Virus record (IMG/VR): IMGVR_UViG_3300011337_000244
Location: 1 to 29,310 of that record
Reading direction: 5' to 3' (one strand)
Source: a virus
Taxonomy: Duplodnaviria; Caudoviricetes
Length of the DNA stretch: 29,310 nt
Position 1 is the stretch's first letter. Every line of letters begins with the position of its first letter. Both the position numbers and the translations under genes were made by a program. Under the pieces are notes generated by a model. It was not told the origin of the DNA and ran no database searches. It saw nothing but the letters and a program-made list of their open reading frames with translations. Below are positions 16,271-25,878 of the stretch, in pieces.

Positions 16271-17700
16271 ATATAGATTTTAACACATCAAGGGTTCTAG
16301 CTCACAGCGTAATGCTGTTTGCTAAAGATGATTGGGCTAAAGATTACTCCTGCATTCCTTGGGGTCATCCGCAGATGTGCGGACCGAGTTACAAGCCACC
16401 GGACCTTGCTGCCTCCACTGCCGAAGCGATAAAAGCTCAGGCCGAGCAGTATCCTTTCATTCGTGCATTAGAACAGGCCGCTAGATCTGGCACTGAAATT
16501 AAATACGGTCCAGAAGGTAGCAAAAGAACATACGATTTTACGGGCATTGGTGATGTTGATATTACCAAGCAAACAGCTCTTGCTTTATCCAAGCTCGCAG
16601 ATCCTTTAGCCAAGGAACAGCTTAAGGTATCTCAAGATTATGGAACTCAGTTTGCTCAACAAAGGCAAAACGAACTGCGGGCACTTGATCCTCAGCGTTA
16701 CGGTCTTTACGAACAGTTCCTCAGCGATGTTAAGGGAGATGCCGCTGCCCCTGATACGCGGATAGATTCCCCCACCTACGAGAGGGTTGGAATGCCCGGT
16801 GCCCAACAAGATACCGGTGCCTCTCAATTGATCCGTAGCGAGCTTGAGCGTCAGATTCAGCAGGGTCTTTCTCAGGTTGGTACCTTAGATCCAAGCATGG
16901 AGCGACGGGTTCAGCAGGCCGCTCGCGCTCGTGGAAGTGCCACTGGAAACCTACTTGGAAATCCTTCGGCTCTTCGTGAGTCGCTCGCATTGCAAGATGC
17001 TCTTGGTAACGCCAACGCGCAACGCTGGCAGTCCGCTATGGGATTGCTTCAGAGCGGTCAGAGTACAAGCGATACCGCCAATCGGAACGCTCAGGAAGCC
17101 TTCCAGAACATCCTTGCGGCCACCGGTCAGCGAAACACCGCGGCGCAACAGAGCTTTGCCAGCCAGATGGGTTCTCAACAGCAGATGCAGGCTGGGCGTC
17201 AGCAGAACATTGCCAACGTCCAATCCGCTCTTGGACTCCAGCCGGTTTCATCTCAAGCTGCACAGCTAGGTGCGCTTCAACAGGGTGCTTCTCCGTTTAC
17301 AACTCCTCAGCTAATTCAGGGTGCCCAGATGTCTAGCCCTGGAGACTTGATGAAGATGGGCAGCAATTTTGCGCTGACCAACGCTCAGAACCAATACCAG
17401 TCTGATCAAGCCAACTCCTTCATGAATCAGTTCCAAGGTTATGCCAGAGGAATTGGTAACCTTGGTTCATCCTACGCGGGCTTCGGGCTTGGCGGTTGCT
17501 ACGTCGCTCGCGAGTGCATTCCCGATCAATGGGAAGCGTTCTACTTCTGGAAGGAACTCGTTGGACCGAAGTGGTTCAAGAGCTTCTACGACAGCAATGC
17601 CGAGAAGTTTGCGAAGTGGCTCAAGGACAAGCCGAAGGTCAAGAAGCTTGTGGCCAACTGGATGGTAGCTCGGATCAACAGCATAATCCCAAAAAACTGA
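16267..17700 (+). CDS. Internal virion (DNA ejection) protein with CFI-box-CTERM-like tail
   Basis: Q/A/G/S-rich helical protein, QAARARG...GN motif; ends GGCYVARE...WF..FY....KFA.W...P..K..V. Alternative start at ATG 16375 (MCG). Confidence 0.75.
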   Translation: MNIDFNTSRVLAHSVMLFAKDDWAKDYSCIPWGHPQMCGPSYKPPDLAASTAEAIKAQAEQYPFIRALEQAARSGTEIKYGPEGSKRTYDFTGIGDVDITKQTALALSKLADPLAKEQLKVSQDYGTQFAQQRQNELRALDPQRYGLYEQFLSDVKGDAAAPDTRIDSPTYERVGMPGAQQDTGASQLIRSELERQIQQGLSQVGTLDPSMERRVQQAARARGSATGNLLGNPSALRESLALQDALGNANAQRWQSAMGLLQSGQSTSDTANRNAQEAFQNILAATGQRNTAAQQSFASQMGSQQQMQAGRQQNIANVQSALGLQPVSSQAAQLGALQQGASPFTTPQLIQGAQMSSPGDLMKMGSNFALTNAQNQYQSDQANSFMNQFQGYARGIGNLGSSYAGFGLGGCYVARECIPDQWEAFYFWKELVGPKWFKSFYDSNAEKFAKWLKDKPKVKKLVANWMVARINSIIPKN

Positions 17701-17703
17701 TAT

Positions 17704-19137
17704 ATGGCTGATGCAATCGACAATCTGGTTCAAGACATCAATCAGAACAATACTCCTGTAGATGAGTTCCCGGGATATCCCGGTTACCAACTCGGACAAG
17801 AGGTTCCTGGAATGGCGGGCGTTAGGATTGGCGATCTGTTTTACGGTTTAGATCCGTATGGCCAAGAAGCTCCATACAACTGGAGGACTGGGGGTTTTGA
17901 ATTTCAAGCTGCTCCTCAAGATTTAAGCAACCCATCAACCTTAGCGACTGGTGGAGAGATCGATTACAACATTCCAGATGATCCCACTATACGAACCAAC
18001 ATTGGGAATACGGATGAGAAGGATGCGTTTGTAAGAACAGGAATTGGGACCACGTTGGATCCGAAGACTGAAGACTTCTATGGAGTTAAAGGTCTTGTTT
18101 CACCTGGGGATCTTGGTGGCACAATCGGAGTGGTTGACGCAAACCCTTCTGACTTTGCTGGCCAAACACCTTCGTCGCTTCCTGAAGAATTTATTACTCG
18201 CGGAGAAACAGTTAAAATCCCGGGAAGAGGGCTTCCTGATTATATACCCATTGGACAAATGGAGAATGGGGATGTTCTCTATGCAGATAGGAACAATCTT
18301 AGGGATACGATCATACGCCCAAGTGCATATTCAATATCTCAAGAGGATGTGGATAAAGGAATCGTACCTCAAAAGTTTAATTTCGGAACCAATACTGAGC
18401 TTGCTCCTTCTCAGAAAACACCAACCTCTGTAGGTGCGGTTGAACCGACAACTGCTAGCGTGGGTGGGTTTGATAACACTGGAGGGAATGTAACGGTTGG
18501 TCCTGGTGGTGCTAAGGATATAACTCCTGATTGGAAAGAAGAGGCTAAACAAAATCAAAAGCCGGGTGATGAGTTTGCGGATTCGCCTTACAAAATATTT
18601 GATCCAACAGGCAAAAATGACAAGTTAGCCCCTTACACCAGTCCAAGCGGAGAGGTGTTTCCTACTGATCAAAATGGCTATAAATGGAATTATCAAACAC
18701 AACAATTTGATTGTGTAGGAGGCAAGTGTTCAGAAAAGGAACCAGTCAAAGACACCGAAACCCCTCCTGGAAAAGATACTGGAACCCCTGCTGCTCCTCC
18801 TTCGGGCGGAGGGCAACCTAGTGGCGGTGGTCAGCCCGGTGGTGGTCAACCCCCTACAGGACCAACGCGCCCATATACCGGAACCCCCTACGTCCCAACT
18901 GGAATTACCCCGCTCGTAAGGCGCGAAACCGTCATCCCCACCAAGGGAACCAAGGAAGTCCCGCTTCCCGATCGTCAGGCTGATCCTTTCGCCAAGCTCT
19001 ACGCTGACTTGCTGGCCAACGCACAACAACAGAAGGACCAGTACAGGTACATCAACTACGATCCCGATCAGATCATGAATGCCGCCATGAGCGGGTTCAG
19101 GAGACGGGGTGCTATGCGTTCGTTGCAGGGTTACTAA
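17704..19137 (+). CDS. Putative internal virion protein, P/G/T-rich
   Basis: 477-aa ORF in the ejection block, largely low complexity (GGGQP repeats near 18805-18855). Confidence 0.7.
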   Translation: MADAIDNLVQDINQNNTPVDEFPGYPGYQLGQEVPGMAGVRIGDLFYGLDPYGQEAPYNWRTGGFEFQAAPQDLSNPSTLATGGEIDYNIPDDPTIRTNIGNTDEKDAFVRTGIGTTLDPKTEDFYGVKGLVSPGDLGGTIGVVDANPSDFAGQTPSSLPEEFITRGETVKIPGRGLPDYIPIGQMENGDVLYADRNNLRDTIIRPSAYSISQEDVDKGIVPQKFNFGTNTELAPSQKTPTSVGAVEPTTASVGGFDNTGGNVTVGPGGAKDITPDWKEEAKQNQKPGDEFADSPYKIFDPTGKNDKLAPYTSPSGEVFPTDQNGYKWNYQTQQFDCVGGKCSEKEPVKDTETPPGKDTGTPAAPPSGGGQPSGGGQPGGGQPPTGPTRPYTGTPYVPTGITPLVRRETVIPTKGTKEVPLPDRQADPFAKLYADLLANAQQQKDQYRYINYDPDQIMNAAMSGFRRRGAMRSLQGY

Positions 19138-19147
19138 ATAATATCTT

Positions 19148-20506
19148 ATGGCTACCAGAGAAGAAACCGACAAGATTCGAGAATTGCTCCGACAGCAGTC
19201 CGAGCAGCGCATCAACCCCTTCATGAAGGGTCTCTCCATGCTTACCGGTGGCATTGCCGGCGAGTTCACGGGTACCAACGAGGATATCCGCAATCGGAAC
19301 TATGCGAAGCGGGCGTTGATGCAGGAGAATTTAAATGCTTTAGAAGAAGAGCGAGTGCTTTCAAGAACAGAAGCTGCAAGAGTTCAAGCACTTAAAGATC
19401 GTATTGCCGAAAACGCAGCCCAAGCCGAAGCGCGTCTTATTGAGGAAACCCGCAAAGCGCGAGGAACTGAGATGGCTCTCAAGGGCGAAGACATGGTTGG
19501 CCCACTTGATCCAGCAACAATGGCTGGAATGGCTGCTACAAAGGCGGCTCAAGCAAGAGTTAATGCTGAACGCATGAACGCTCTTAAAGGAAAAGAAACA
19601 GAGATGCGCGGTTATCTGGCTGGTCGAGGGGTTAAACTTGGGGATCCAGATGTTGAGACAACTGAGTTTATATATTCCCAAGAGAAATCAAAAGAAGCTC
19701 TTAAGAAAGAGCAGGATACAAAAATGCAACTTATGACTCCAAGCGGGTCTGTTGTATATGGAAGTTACGATCAACTGGCTGAAAAATATCCTTCTTTGAT
19801 TCAAAACATAACTGTTTCAAAACCAAAAGAACAAAAGCCTTTGGATGCTAGTTTTTCAGAATCAGGAGGTGATTATCAATTTAGGTTTGGACCAGGAGTT
19901 ACGCCTGCTGAAGCCGCTAAATATAAAAATGATGTTTATAAAGAATTCGGTGTCCAACCCGATTCTGATCTTAGCGGAAAAGGCGGCACTTCAACCGCAA
20001 AACCTCTTCCTAAAGGCCCTGCTGCAACCCCTGAAGAACCAATGGTAGGAAGAGGAAGTGGAAAATCCAGAGCAGGAGCTGCTGCTGTGATTGCAAACGA
20101 GGTTGCTGCTCAACCCGATATGTACGGACCACCAACTCCTGGTGAACAGTTCCGTCAAACCGGAAGGCGTCTCGGGGCATTGGAAAGTAGAGGCGGAGCT
20201 TCTACTTATGGTGCCCAAGAAACGCTCACAAATCCGTTTTATGAAGCGGTGGCGTCAGAACTTGGAACCCAGCCTGAACGAGTTGGTGGCGAAAGCATTA
20301 TTGTAAAATCAGCAAAAGCCGCTATTGCCAGCCAATTCCCAACTGAACAGTGGAACAATCTTCCTCAAGAGAGGAAAAATAAAATCTACATTGATGCACT
20401 GAATAAGTCAGCCATGCAGATGGCCAACCCTTCTGGTGCTAAATCTCCGTTTGCTGTTGGGTACGCTGAATCTCCGTTCGCTCCTTATTCCGTTAAAAGG
20501 GATTAA
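19148..20506 (+). CDS. Putative internal virion (ejection) protein
   Basis: 452 aa; N-terminal GLSMLTGGIAG segment followed by coiled coil; position before the largest gene. Confidence 0.7.
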   Translation: MATREETDKIRELLRQQSEQRINPFMKGLSMLTGGIAGEFTGTNEDIRNRNYAKRALMQENLNALEEERVLSRTEAARVQALKDRIAENAAQAEARLIEETRKARGTEMALKGEDMVGPLDPATMAGMAATKAAQARVNAERMNALKGKETEMRGYLAGRGVKLGDPDVETTEFIYSQEKSKEALKKEQDTKMQLMTPSGSVVYGSYDQLAEKYPSLIQNITVSKPKEQKPLDASFSESGGDYQFRFGPGVTPAEAAKYKNDVYKEFGVQPDSDLSGKGGTSTAKPLPKGPAATPEEPMVGRGSGKSRAGAAAVIANEVAAQPDMYGPPTPGEQFRQTGRRLGALESRGGASTYGAQETLTNPFYEAVASELGTQPERVGGESIIVKSAKAAIASQFPTEQWNNLPQERKNKIYIDALNKSAMQMANPSGAKSPFAVGYAESPFAPYSVKRD

Positions 20507-20517
20507 GACGTAATACT

Positions 20518-23500
20518 ATGACAAAAAATCAGCGTGATTGGTTGATCAAAAACAACCTTGATCCAGAGATCTATGACATAGATGCGGAGGGGAACGTCTC
20601 TGAAAACCCAATCATGGGTAAGCTCGAAGCTGGAGCCAGATCGGCTGCTGTCAGCGTTGCTCCTTCTCTTACAGCTATTCCCGCTTCGATGGCGGGTCTT
20701 GAGGGTGGAGCATTGATTGGCGCACCGTTTGGTCCTCTTGGAATACTTGTAGGTGGTGCTGTAGGAGCGTTGGGTGCCGGTGGTGCGGCTGCTTACGGTA
20801 CCAGTAAAGCTCAGGAAGCACTGCTTGAGAGGTACTCGCCAGAGACGCTTCAGAAACTGTCTCAAGCTCAGGAAGAGCAGCCTGTATCTTCTTACGTTGG
20901 CGGATTCCTTCCCACCGCGCTAACCGCTCGTCCATCGCTGAAGGGACTTAGCGAACTTGGTAGGCCACTGACTCGTCAGACTACGCTTCGTGAGGCTCTC
21001 ACCAAGCCGGCGTTTGTTGAGCCTGCTATGAACGTAACGGCCAACGTCGCACAATCCACTGGTCAGCAGATTGCTGATGTAGCTCAAGGAGGAGAGTTCT
21101 CTGGAGAACGACTCGCAGCGGACGTTGCGCTTGGTACTCTCTTCAATCGCCCCACTAGGTTGGGCCGCAAGCTTGGCATGTCGGAAGGACCGCAAGAAGG
21201 GCCGGTTCAGAAGCTGGATCTGGAAGAATCTAGAGTCCGCGCTGGACGAGAAAAAGCTGAAGTTGAAAAGACTGTCGCCGAGATGGATGTCGAGGCTGAA
21301 AGGTTTCGCGCTCTTATTGAGCAACCTCCAGCCCCAGAACGAGTAGTCGAAGAAAATCGTCCGATCAACGCAGATAAAATCGCCAAGCAGTACGAGAACT
21401 GGTGGAAGTCAAAGACTGAACCTACCGAGACGCTTATTAAGGAAGCTGCAAACAGTGTCAAAGTTAAGATTCCCAAGGAACGCATTCAGGAGTTGGCCAA
21501 TGATCCCGATGTTGTTCGCGTCATCAAAGACCCAACCACGCTTCCTGAGTTTATTTCAAGGCAGTATCAGGAAGGGCTTGAGGATTCATACGAACAAGTA
21601 GTTCAGCAGCAGCAAGCCGCTAAACGCGCAATCATGTCCGAAGAGCGGTCACGAAAAGCGCAAGAAAAACAGGTCCAAACTATTACTGAGAGTCAGTTCA
21701 AAACTGAAAAATCCGCTGTAAAGACGGCTCAAGAAATCTACGATAGTCTGTACTATCGTCTCCAACCCCAGGGTGAAGGAGCGAAGATTACTCAATCTGA
21801 CATCGATGCAGCCGCTCAGATCGCCGCTCGGCGCAATCTGACCATCGAGCTTGATCGTCCGTTCACGGGATCAACCGAGATTCGCGGCATGTACCTGTCC
21901 GATCCAGAGACAGGTAATCGAATCGTGCGGGTAAATCCGCTCATGGCCACTCGTGATACTGCCATTCATGAGATTGGGCACGATGTGTTCCAGGGTGTCA
22001 CAAACCCGTCGATGCGGAAATCGCTGCTTGAGTCAGCTCAAGATAGCCCAGCCTACAAGAGCGAACTTCTGGCCCGCAATGCTGAGGTTCAGGAAGGCAA
22101 GCTCACACCTAAGCAAGCTCAGGAGATTGCTCTCGAAGAGGGACTCATTCAGGCGTTTGGCGAGCAGATTCCAAACATCCAGCGTAGTGAGATCCGGTCT
22201 TGGTTCAACGCCTTCAAGGCTTCCACCAAGCAGTTGATAACTGGAAAAGTGTCGCCCGAAGACGCTATTGCGTGGATGCACTACGCGACCACCGAGTCCG
22301 TTCCTTGGAAGGGAGTGACTGCTCCGAAGGCCACCGAGCAGCGGACGCAGAGGGGCGACCAACCTCAAACTATTTCAGAACGCAGAGCTTCTGCTTTTGG
22401 AAAATTCAAGGAGTCAGTTCCAGGGTCTCAAGCAGAGATGATGGAGAGTGGGCGAATCTTTTCTCCAGATGTCAGGGCGCAACTTGAAGCTCTTCAAGCT
22501 GGTGGAACACTCGACAGGGAAGCGTTGCAGGCTGCAATCAACCGGGATATCCCGGTTAGGAAAGTTCCCGAGTTTTCATCTCAAGCACTTCCAAACTTCC
22601 AAACAATTAGAGACTCGCTCAGTGATCCAAGGAAAAAAGCCAATGTCGGAAAGCTGAGTGAAATACCCACTGGATCTGAGATGACACTCAGGCAGGACGT
22701 TCCTGCTATGACTGATTTTGGTATCGGCGTTGTAACTGGAACCAGCGGAGACAAAACCACATACGAGCCTTTCATTCGTGTTAGGAACATCAAAATGGTT
22801 CCCACGAAAGGAATGGAAACTCAGTCACTTAAGATAGGTGCTGGTGCCGCAAAGAATCCGGCAATTGTCGCAAAGGGAACAAAACATGAATCGCAAACAA
22901 TCCCAAGCGACATAAACACTTGGACGCAAGTTGGCTTTAATCCTGACAGACATTCGTACTTTTATGATAGATCCGATGGTGTGACTCCTGTTGTCGGTGG
23001 AGATGAAGCTGTTCAAATCGGAAATACCGTTTTTGTCAAAAACGCACAAAGAGGAGATCCAACCAGTTTCCGCTTCCAACGTCCCGAGGAGAAGACCCGC
23101 AAGTTCGCGGGGCGTGTTGCCGAGGCTGAATCAGTACCTGAAGAAGTGCGACAGACAGTGAGGCAGTCTCCTGAATCGCAATACGAGCAGCAGAATGTGA
23201 ACGAAGTAAGGGATCGCGCATCGTCCATGTCGATGACTCAGCTCGCTGCTGATATGGCGGATACGGGATCCAACACCAGGGTCGCTTCTGGTATGGAAAC
23301 CTACAGTCGCCAAATCAATTCAGGCGATATGGCCAGTGCCAGTAATACCGTGTTGTCTCTTGCAAAGAGCGGTACCACTTGGGGTCAGCTCATCAATCAG
23401 TTCAAGATTCTGAACTCCTCGACCCCAGAGGGGTTGGTTCGACTGGTTCAACTTTCGCTTGCAAACAAGAAGCGATCACCTCTGACCCAGCAACAGGCGG

Positions 23501-25650
23501 GTATCCTGATGGATGGTGCGAACAGATTGAAGTTGGCCAACGATGAAGTCCTCGCAGCCGGTCGAGTCGCTCGTGACGCCTTCGCTGCCAACGACGTCGC
23601 TGCAATAAACCAGAGCATCAAGCAACTGGACTTGGCCGATGCGAAACGATCAGAGATCGATGTCATCCTTAACGAATCGATTGCCAGAATTAATCCAGCC
23701 GATGCCGCTGACCTCTTCATCTCGATGGTCCAAGGGTCCGTGATGGGTCCGATATCTATCGTCCGAAATGTTGTTGGCAACGCCATCAACTACCCGTTGC
23801 GTGAGCTTGGTGATGCCGGGGCTGCACTCATCGATGCGACGTTCTCCAAGGACAAGAACAACTCCTTCAACATCCGCGCTCGTACCATTGATCGAATCGA
23901 TGCAATCGGACGATCTCTGCCCTCAGTTGCAAAAACCCTGCTCAAGGGTTCTAACGCAATGCCGTATGAGCTTGGAACCGACAGCGGAAACCCGCTGAAC
24001 TTCCAACGTGCATGGCGGAGAATATCGGAAGACTTGGCTGCTGGTAAAATTGGATCCGCGTTGTCTCCCCGTAACCTCACCGAGGCGACGATAGGCATCC
24101 TGCCCGACATCATGCTGCGTCTGACTCAGGCCACAGACATCCCGTTCCGACAGGCTGAACGCGCCCGCATTATCAGCGAGATCGGTCGCACCAAAGGTTT
24201 ATCTGAAGCTCAACTCAAGATCGCCGTGCGTGATCCGAAGCTTGCGTTCGTGACAGATGTGGAATCCCAACGCGGTCGCCGTGGATTCACCGAGGACGAT
24301 CTTGCGACGATCGAAACCGAATCTCTGAAGTCCATCTTTCAGCAGGACAACAAGGCGACCAAGGCGGTGTCTGGAATAAATCGGTTCATCAAAAACGAAC
24401 TTGGATCTACAGGCTACATTCCGTACCGCCTGATCTCGTTGTTCCAAAAGACTCCCATCAATGTGGCCGCAGAGGCCCTTCAGTTCACTCCTGCCGGTGC
24501 GTTGCAGGATTGGAGCAAGATGACGCCCCGTGAGCGCAATATCGCGGCATCTCGAATCGCTGTCGGAGCAATGGTTACGACAGCTTTCGGTTATCTCTAC
24601 CACAAGGGTGTGATCACCCCGAACCTTGATACCGCCGGCGAAACCAACAAGGCTCGTGAGTTGGCCAAAGCTGGTGGTGTCATGCCTCCAGGCACGATCA
24701 ACCTGTCAGCGGTCAAACGGCTAGTTGGTGGGGGTAAAACAGAGTTTCAAGGGGGAGACACTGTCGTCGATCTCTCTTCGCTAGGAACCGCTGGCGCATT
24801 AGGAATCATGGCCGGCACAGCTCTTCGCCAATCGGAGCGTGGACGCACCAACGAGGATCTGTTGACCTCAGTGTTCAAGGGGGTTCCCACCTCCGGTCTG
24901 AACTTCGTGATGGAGCAGCAGTTCCTCAAGGGAACCAGCGACTTCATCAAGCTCCTATCGCAGGAATCGAGCAACTCGATGGATCGTTGGCTCAAGAATT
25001 TGGCGGTAACCGCTGCAACGCCCATAGCTCCAGCCATCCTCGGTGCCGTCCGACGCGCTGAACGTGACAAGCTGCCGGCTATGGGAGGTCAGAGCTTCAT
25101 CAAGGACACGGTGGATGAACTCAATCAGCGATACGCCGCCCTAGGATTGGCCATCCCTGGCGTAAAGGATCCGAATGCCATGCCGGTGCGCCGGGATTTG
25201 TGGGGTTCTGCTGTGGAGCAGACTCCGAAGGGTAGCAATCCTTGGGTGTACCAGTTCTTCAATGCCTGGAAAGCTCGTGACATCGATGCGGATCCGCTCA
25301 ACACCTCGATCTACTCGATCTGGCGAAGGACTGCGGACAACACCGCAATACCTTCGGTGCCAAGCCCCAGCTTGACCTGGAAACAGAAGACCTACGATCG
25401 GATGTCTCCAGAGCAGTACGATCGGTACACCGAACTCGTAGGGAATTACCGCAGATTGCGGGCAGAACAGGAGTTTATGAAACCCCGCTTCCAGCAGGGT
25501 GGAGATGAGCGAAAACTCAAGCTCCTGCAACGCGCCTACGATGATGGCCTGCTTATCGCCAAGAAGCAGTTCGTTCGAGAACTCGTGCAATCCGGCCAAA
25601 CCCTCACGCCAATCGCCGCTCGCCGCGGGTTCCAACAACCCTCCGAGTAA
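20518..25650 (+). CDS. Large ejection / polyvalent protein with zincin-like metallopeptidase motif
   Basis: 1710 aa; glycine-zipper membrane segment (GALIGAPFGPLGILVGGAVG), AIHEIGH with downstream LEE, helical C-terminal region with FQKTPIN and RRDLWG motifs. Confidence 0.85.
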   Translation: MTKNQRDWLIKNNLDPEIYDIDAEGNVSENPIMGKLEAGARSAAVSVAPSLTAIPASMAGLEGGALIGAPFGPLGILVGGAVGALGAGGAAAYGTSKAQEALLERYSPETLQKLSQAQEEQPVSSYVGGFLPTALTARPSLKGLSELGRPLTRQTTLREALTKPAFVEPAMNVTANVAQSTGQQIADVAQGGEFSGERLAADVALGTLFNRPTRLGRKLGMSEGPQEGPVQKLDLEESRVRAGREKAEVEKTVAEMDVEAERFRALIEQPPAPERVVEENRPINADKIAKQYENWWKSKTEPTETLIKEAANSVKVKIPKERIQELANDPDVVRVIKDPTTLPEFISRQYQEGLEDSYEQVVQQQQAAKRAIMSEERSRKAQEKQVQTITESQFKTEKSAVKTAQEIYDSLYYRLQPQGEGAKITQSDIDAAAQIAARRNLTIELDRPFTGSTEIRGMYLSDPETGNRIVRVNPLMATRDTAIHEIGHDVFQGVTNPSMRKSLLESAQDSPAYKSELLARNAEVQEGKLTPKQAQEIALEEGLIQAFGEQIPNIQRSEIRSWFNAFKASTKQLITGKVSPEDAIAWMHYATTESVPWKGVTAPKATEQRTQRGDQPQTISERRASAFGKFKESVPGSQAEMMESGRIFSPDVRAQLEALQAGGTLDREALQAAINRDIPVRKVPEFSSQALPNFQTIRDSLSDPRKKANVGKLSEIPTGSEMTLRQDVPAMTDFGIGVVTGTSGDKTTYEPFIRVRNIKMVPTKGMETQSLKIGAGAAKNPAIVAKGTKHESQTIPSDINTWTQVGFNPDRHSYFYDRSDGVTPVVGGDEAVQIGNTVFVKNAQRGDPTSFRFQRPEEKTRKFAGRVAEAESVPEEVRQTVRQSPESQYEQQNVNEVRDRASSMSMTQLAADMADTGSNTRVASGMETYSRQINSGDMASASNTVLSLAKSGTTWGQLINQFKILNSSTPEGLVRLVQLSLANKKRSPLTQQQAGILMDGANRLKLANDEVLAAGRVARDAFAANDVAAINQSIKQLDLADAKRSEIDVILNESIARINPADAADLFISMVQGSVMGPISIVRNVVGNAINYPLRELGDAGAALIDATFSKDKNNSFNIRARTIDRIDAIGRSLPSVAKTLLKGSNAMPYELGTDSGNPLNFQRAWRRISEDLAAGKIGSALSPRNLTEATIGILPDIMLRLTQATDIPFRQAERARIISEIGRTKGLSEAQLKIAVRDPKLAFVTDVESQRGRRGFTEDDLATIETESLKSIFQQDNKATKAVSGINRFIKNELGSTGYIPYRLISLFQKTPINVAAEALQFTPAGALQDWSKMTPRERNIAASRIAVGAMVTTAFGYLYHKGVITPNLDTAGETNKARELAKAGGVMPPGTINLSAVKRLVGGGKTEFQGGDTVVDLSSLGTAGALGIMAGTALRQSERGRTNEDLLTSVFKGVPTSGLNFVMEQQFLKGTSDFIKLLSQESSNSMDRWLKNLAVTAATPIAPAILGAVRRAERDKLPAMGGQSFIKDTVDELNQRYAALGLAIPGVKDPNAMPVRRDLWGSAVEQTPKGSNPWVYQFFNAWKARDIDADPLNTSIYSIWRRTADNTAIPSVPSPSLTWKQKTYDRMSPEQYDRYTELVGNYRRLRAEQEFMKPRFQQGGDERKLKLLQRAYDDGLLIAKKQFVRELVQSGQTLTPIAARRGFQQPSE

Positions 25651-25669
25651 ACTTTCCGCAAGAAATCTC

Positions 25670-25697
25670 TCGACAGTTTGCAACACGCTGCTACTTT
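25670..25697 (+). promoter_or_regulatory. Sigma70-like promoter, probably giving a leaderless transcript
   Basis: TCGACA-N16-TACTTT with extended -10 TG; 7 nt separate the -10 from the GTG start at 25705. Confidence 0.5.
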
Positions 25698-25704
25698 GGC
25701 TTGC

Positions 25705-25878
25705 GTGAGCGTAAAACTTCTAACCGTCCAAGAGATCGCTTCGGCTCTCGGGACTCATCCCGAGACGGTGCGACGGTGGATCCGGTCAGGAAAGCTTCCG
25801 GCTATGAAAGCCACGAAGCGCACCATCCGTGTCCGCTCCGATGTAATCGAGGAACTCCTCCGACAAAACCCACAATGA
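25705..25878 (+). CDS. Excisionase-like / MerR-type HTH DNA-binding protein
   Basis: LLTVQEIASALGTHPETVRRWIRSGKLPA, a typical HTH_17-like pattern; GTG start. Confidence 0.88.
   Translation: MSVKLLTVQEIASALGTHPETVRRWIRSGKLPAMKATKRTIRVRSDVIEELLRQNPQ

Noticed and set aside
25701-25874. N-terminal extension of the RecT-like ORF
   Set aside because: Overlaps the clear HTH gene in another frame; ATG 25875 is coupled to its stop.
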